29,525 nt of DNA. Source: Candidatus Zixiibacteriota bacterium. GTDB lineage: Bacteria; RBG-13-66-14; B26-G2; WVWN01. Both the position numbers and the translations under genes were made by a program. Shown piece by piece: positions 25,821-29,525 of the stretch; the first letter of the stretch is position 1, and each line of letters opens with the position of its first letter. The notes beneath the pieces were generated by a model. It was not told the DNA's origin, did no database searches, and worked only from the letters and a program-made list of their open reading frames with translations. The stretch covers positions 1-29,525 of the forward strand of contig JASFLY010000034.1 in assembly GCA_050117845.1 (NCBI GenBank). The letters run 5' to 3'.

Positions 25821-26864
25821 ATGGATGACGAAAAGGGAAAAATCCTGCGCTTGACGCAATGTACCGCGGCGGCGGGTTGAGCGGCTAAAGTGCCGGCCGA
25901 GGTATTGGCCGGGATCCTGGCGGACTTGCCGCTGCCCGAGCACCCGAACCTGCTCGCCGCGACGAAGAACGGCGAGGACGCCGCCGTATACCGCATCAAC
26001 GACGAGCAGGCCGTTATAGCGACCGTGGATTTCTTCACGCCCATCGTCGACGACGCGTACGACTACGGCCGCATCGCGGCGATGAACGCGATATCGGATA
26101 TCTACGCCATGGGCGGGACGCCGTTTTTAGCGCTTAACGTCGTGGCCTTCCCGCAGGGGAGCCTGGACGACGTTATATTGAAGGACATGTTGCGCGGCGG
26201 CGCCGATACGTGCGTGCAGGAGGGCGTTCTGTTGGCCGGCGGCCACACCGTAAAGTCGCCCGACATCCTTTACGGCCTCGCGACGCTGGGCCTCGTAGCG
26301 CCGGACCGCATCGTCACGAACGAGGGCGCGGTGCCCGGGGACGCGTTGGTCCTGACGAAGGCGCTGGGGACCGGCGTCATACAGACGGCGGTGAAGGCGG
26401 GCGACGCCCCGGCCGAAGCGGCCGCGGCGGCCCGGGATAGTATGCTTAAGAGCAATCGGGAGGCGGCCGCGGCGATGGCCAAGGCCGGGGCGGTGTGCGC
26501 CACCGACATCACCGGCTTCGGCTTCCTGGGCCACGGCCTGGAAGTCGCCCGGGCCTCGGGCGTGGGGATTCGCGTCTTCGCGTCGCGCTTGCCGTTAATA
26601 CCGGGGGCGTTCGACCTCGCGGACACGTACATCCCCGGAGGCCTAACTAAAAATTTGAAATTCGCCGAACCTCATATTACAGTAGGGGATGGCGTTAACT
26701 TCGCCACGGTCAACCTGTTGGCCGATCCGCAAACTTCCGGCGGCCTTCTGGTCGCGCTGCCGGCGGACCGGGCACAGGCGTACGCCGAAGAAGTAGGGGC
26801 GCCCGCGGCCGTCGTGGCCGAGGTCTTCGAGTCGCCCGAAGCTATAATCGAAGTCGTAGAATAA
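25821..26864 (+). CDS. selD: Selenide, water dikinase SelD, selenocysteine-containing (UGA at 25878-25880)
   Basis: Frame extends upstream of the ORF-track start: MDDEKGKILRLTQCTAAAG-U-AAKVPAEVL. Downstream motifs EDAAVY, TVDFFTPIVDD, NAISDIYAMGG, GGHT, TDITGFG, DPQTSGGLL. Confidence 0.95.
25893..25912 (+). promoter_or_regulatory. Bacterial SECIS-like hairpin
   Basis: ccggccga-GGTA-ttggccgg beginning 12 nt after the in-frame UGA, with G first in the apical loop. Confidence 0.7.
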
Positions 26865-26906
26865 TCAGGAGAGATAAATAAAATGGGATTTATCCGGAGG
26901 TATCAA

Positions 26907-27488
26907 ATGAGGTACGCAGCGACGGCGCTGTCCTTGCTCTTGGTCCTCTCGCTGTTGTCGGCCTGCCAGAAATCGCCGCAGGAGGAGGATATTCTCCCGC
27001 CGCCCAAGATAGTGAAGGAAATCCCGGTGGATGCCAACCCTCTGCGGAAAACGTACGAGGCCGAGGAACTGGGGCCGGAGGTGTCGCGCGGGGAGTTGAC
27101 GTCCGACCCGGCGGCCTCCAATCAGATGTCGCTGTACATTAAACCCGGCGACTGCAAGCTCGACGAGTACGCCGCCTGGGGGCCTTACGAGGAAATCGCC
27201 CCCGGTTCGTACGTCGCCCGGTGGCGGCTGAAGGCTGCTAGTTTGCCCGATAACGACAAACCTATACTTTGGCTCGACATCTCGGGTTCGCCCAAGGCCA
27301 ACCGCGAAGAATACAAGATGTTAATGTCGAAAGGTTTGAAGGCCAAGGACTTCCCCGACCCGGAGAAGTACTACACCTTCAAGATAGCGTTCGACGTAAC
27401 CGAAACGTTCGTATTCGAGCTCCGTACACAATACCTCCAGGAAGTGGAGGTATGGATAGACTGGACCAGCCTGGAACTCGCGCAGTAA
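26907..27488 (+). CDS. Lipoprotein with probable beta-sandwich domain
   Basis: SD GGAGG, signal peptide with lipobox LSA-C; WGPY...PG.Y...RLK motif. Confidence 0.8.
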   Translation: MRYAATALSLLLVLSLLSACQKSPQEEDILPPPKIVKEIPVDANPLRKTYEAEELGPEVSRGELTSDPAASNQMSLYIKPGDCKLDEYAAWGPYEEIAPGSYVARWRLKAASLPDNDKPILWLDISGSPKANREEYKMLMSKGLKAKDFPDPEKYYTFKIAFDVTETFVFELRTQYLQEVEVWIDWTSLELAQ

Positions 27489-27498
27489 TCCGGCCCCG

Positions 27499-27532
27499 AA
27501 AAACGCGAGCAGGCCCCGGGGCCTGCTCGTTT
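27499..27532. terminator. Bidirectional terminator-like palindrome
   Basis: cgagcaggcccc/ggggcctgctcg (27506-27529) flanked by A- and T-tracts, between convergent ORFs. Confidence 0.7.
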
Positions 27533-27683
27533 ACGTTTTATCGCCGATGCTCAGATCTTCGAGTTTCAACGTACGGTTCACGCGGACGAAAACGACCCTT
27601 CCCGCTTCGAACTTCAATTCCACCGTCCCGTAGAACCGGTCTCGAGCCAAACGGCCGATGTAAGTTACCAGTTCTTTAAGCAT
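27531..27683 (-). CDS. 50-aa small protein absent from the ORF track (YezD/DUF2292-like)
   Basis: MLKELVTYIGRLARDRFYGTVELKFEAGRVVFVRVNRTLKLEDLSIGDKT; purine-rich upstream, promoter at 27720-27748, terminator right after the stop. Confidence 0.7.
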   Translation of the reverse strand: MLKELVTYIGRLARDRFYGTVELKFEAGRVVFVRVNRTLKLEDLSIGDKT

Positions 27684-27719
27684 ATCCCAGCGCCTTCCCC
27701 CTTTCTATGTGCTATTGTA

Positions 27720-27748
27720 TATATAGCATAATGCTAACACAATGTCAA
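27720..27748 (-). promoter_or_regulatory. Putative promoter for the 50-aa ORF
   Basis: Minus strand TTGACA, 17-bp spacer ending TGc, TATATA. Confidence 0.55.
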
Positions 27749-27767
27749 GTGCTTTTTTCCGGCTATC

Positions 27768-27796
27768 TTGACAACGTTCCGGCCGGGTGTTAGAAT
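27768..27796 (+). promoter_or_regulatory. Near-consensus sigma70 promoter
   Basis: TTGACA, 17-bp spacer ending TGt, TAGAAT. Confidence 0.7.
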
Positions 27797-27809
27797 TTTA
27801 AACTGTTAA

Positions 27810-28484
27810 GTGGACTCAAGGACCAAAAACTACACGCCCCCCCCGGGGAACGTTCGCGACGTGTGCGAGCGCGTCGTGGCCGAACTCGAGGACGGGAAGC
27901 GGCCCGAGACGGCCGCGTTGCGCCGGTTCGCGAACGTCGTAGCCGAGGCTCACGCGGAGGCCCCGGTGGACCAGCGGTACACGCTGCGCCATTACCTAGG
28001 CCGCGTGGAACACCTTTTGGCCCGGGCGGGGGCGTTCGAGGCCGCGGACTCGTTTTATAGAGCGAAACTCGAGCTCGCCCGGTACGACTATAAGTTCAGG
28101 TTCCGGGAATTCCGCGACGTCTCGGCGCTGTTCCGCGCATGGACTTACGGGTGGTGGAGTTTCTCGAGCCGCTTCGGGACCAGCGGCCTGCGGATGGTTT
28201 GGACCGTCTTCAACGTCGGCTTCTGGTTCTCGGTTCTGTACTTCATACTGGACGTATTGACGATACAGTTCGCCGGGGACCGCGCTTTCGTATCGCCGGC
28301 CTTGGCTTCTTACGGCAGTTATTTTATAATAGGCTTCGAGGGGTTATTCCCCGGGACGGCCGCGATACTCGCGAATACCTTCGTGGCCCAGGTCGCCCTG
28401 GCGTTCGAGAACGCCGTGGGCGCAGTGTTGATATTATCGTTAATAAGTTTGGTGGCGCGACGGGTATGGCGCGGGATGGGCTAA
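27810..28484 (+). CDS. Membrane protein with helical N-terminus and two-TM, ion-channel-like C-terminus
   Basis: RFGTSGLR, TM1, loop, SYFIIGFEGLFPG, TM2 (FENAVGAVLILSLISLVARR). Confidence 0.65.
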   Translation: MDSRTKNYTPPPGNVRDVCERVVAELEDGKRPETAALRRFANVVAEAHAEAPVDQRYTLRHYLGRVEHLLARAGAFEAADSFYRAKLELARYDYKFRFREFRDVSALFRAWTYGWWSFSSRFGTSGLRMVWTVFNVGFWFSVLYFILDVLTIQFAGDRAFVSPALASYGSYFIIGFEGLFPGTAAILANTFVAQVALAFENAVGAVLILSLISLVARRVWRGMG

Positions 28485-28518
28485 CTTGCCCCCCGTCCCG
28501 GCACACCGGAGGATTGAG

Positions 28519-29445
28519 ATGAATAAATATATAGCGATTATCGTCGTAGCGATTGTTGCGTGCGCCGCCGCGGCGGCCGCAGCGGACGCCGGGTCATCCG
28601 CGGCCGCGTTCCTTAAAATCGGCGTCGGGGCCCGGGCCGTCGGCATGGGCGAGGCGCAGGCCGCGCTGGCCGAAGGGCCGGACGCCCTCTACTGGAACCC
28701 GGCGGGGCTGGCCGCGTACGACAGCGGCGCGGTATCCTTCACGCACAACGAGTGGCTTGAGGACGTGCGCTACGAGTACCTCGGCCTGTCCTATCCTCTC
28801 CTGAACGTCGGGACCTTCGGCTTCTCGGCCGGCCGGGTGAGCATGGGCGACCTCGTGGGCCGCGACGAACAGGGGAACTACACGGGCGATTTCAGCGCGA
28901 GCGACATGGTGCTCACGTTCGGCTACGGGAAGGAGTTTTTAAAATTCCTCTCGGTCGGCGCCGGCGTCGAGTACATCAGCAGTAAAATAGAGAACGAGAG
29001 CGCTTCGGCCATAGCCGGGACCTTCGGCGCCACGGCCGAGATACCCGTAGTGCCGGGCCTCACGGCCGGCGTATCGGCGTCGAACGTCGGCGGCGAGATG
29101 AAGTTCATCTCCGAGGGCGACCCGTTGCCGCTCGCCCTGCGCGGCGGCGTGGCCTACCTCCTGCCCTTCGGCGGCGAGATGAACAAGCTCACGGTGGCGG
29201 TGGACGGCGTCAAGTTCAACGACAGCGACGACGTGCGGGCCAACAGCGGCCTGGAATACTGGTTCATGGATACCATCGCGGCCCGCGCGGGCTACAAGGC
29301 CAATTACGACGAGGACGGCCTCACCGGCGGCCTGGGCTTCAAGTACTCGCCCACCGAGAATCTGGGCCTGGGCGCGGACTACGCCTACGCCGACATGGGC
29401 GTCTTCGGCGCGACCCACCGCATTTCGGTGGGGGTGCGGTTTTAA
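28519..29445 (+). CDS. PorV/PorQ (FadL-superfamily) outer-membrane beta-barrel
   Basis: SD GGAGG, signal peptide, AAFLKIGVGARAVGMGEA, ALYWNPAGLA, alternating beta-strands, DYAY, C-terminal Phe (HRISVGVRF). Confidence 0.9.
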   Translation: MNKYIAIIVVAIVACAAAAAAADAGSSAAAFLKIGVGARAVGMGEAQAALAEGPDALYWNPAGLAAYDSGAVSFTHNEWLEDVRYEYLGLSYPLLNVGTFGFSAGRVSMGDLVGRDEQGNYTGDFSASDMVLTFGYGKEFLKFLSVGAGVEYISSKIENESASAIAGTFGATAEIPVVPGLTAGVSASNVGGEMKFISEGDPLPLALRGGVAYLLPFGGEMNKLTVAVDGVKFNDSDDVRANSGLEYWFMDTIAARAGYKANYDEDGLTGGLGFKYSPTENLGLGADYAYADMGVFGATHRISVGVRF

Positions 29446-29474
29446 CGCCGGCCGGTTAAACCAGCCAGCTTACC

Positions 29475-29500
29475 AGCCGCCCCCGTCGGGGCGGCTTTTC
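29475..29500 (+). terminator. Intrinsic terminator
   Basis: agccgcccc-cgtc-ggggcggct followed by ttt. Confidence 0.8.
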
Positions 29501-29525
29501 CTTGCCGGCCGCCGCGGCGCTATGT

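Noticed and set aside
25878..25880. selD as a nonsense pseudogene
   Set aside because: The TGA is exactly at the catalytic Cys/Sec position, is followed by a SECIS-like hairpin, and the rest of the gene is intact.

Overview
GC-rich bacterial chromosomal window that appears to contain the replication-origin region: mnmG-rsmG-(two parS sites)-parA-parB, a dnaA gene flanked by DnaA boxes, then tRNA-Gln(UUG)-prs. The usual dnaN and rpmH neighbours are absent. It also carries a degenerate GlgD-like gene plus an intact glgC, two signal-peptide beta-propeller proteins, an ABC-2 exporter operon ending in a YdjC/ChbG deacetylase, a GT2 + DUF2304 pair and four GT-C-type membrane glycosyltransferases. 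Other genes are P5C dehydrogenase, a short MscL, a selenocysteine-containing SelD (in-frame UGA plus SECIS-like hairpin, mis-started in the ORF track), a lipoprotein, two small proteins and a PorV-family outer-membrane barrel. A five-unit REP/BIME-like repeat cluster lies upstream of mnmG. The best candidate for an undescribed system is a 13-residue C-terminal tail, VEP[ST]S[IM]GRVKALF, shared by the two otherwise dissimilar secreted proteins and conserved at protein rather than DNA level. It may be a short sorting signal, possibly handled by PorV-like machinery. A diderm, FCB-related candidate-phylum host is an inference only. All calls were made by eye; no database searches were run.
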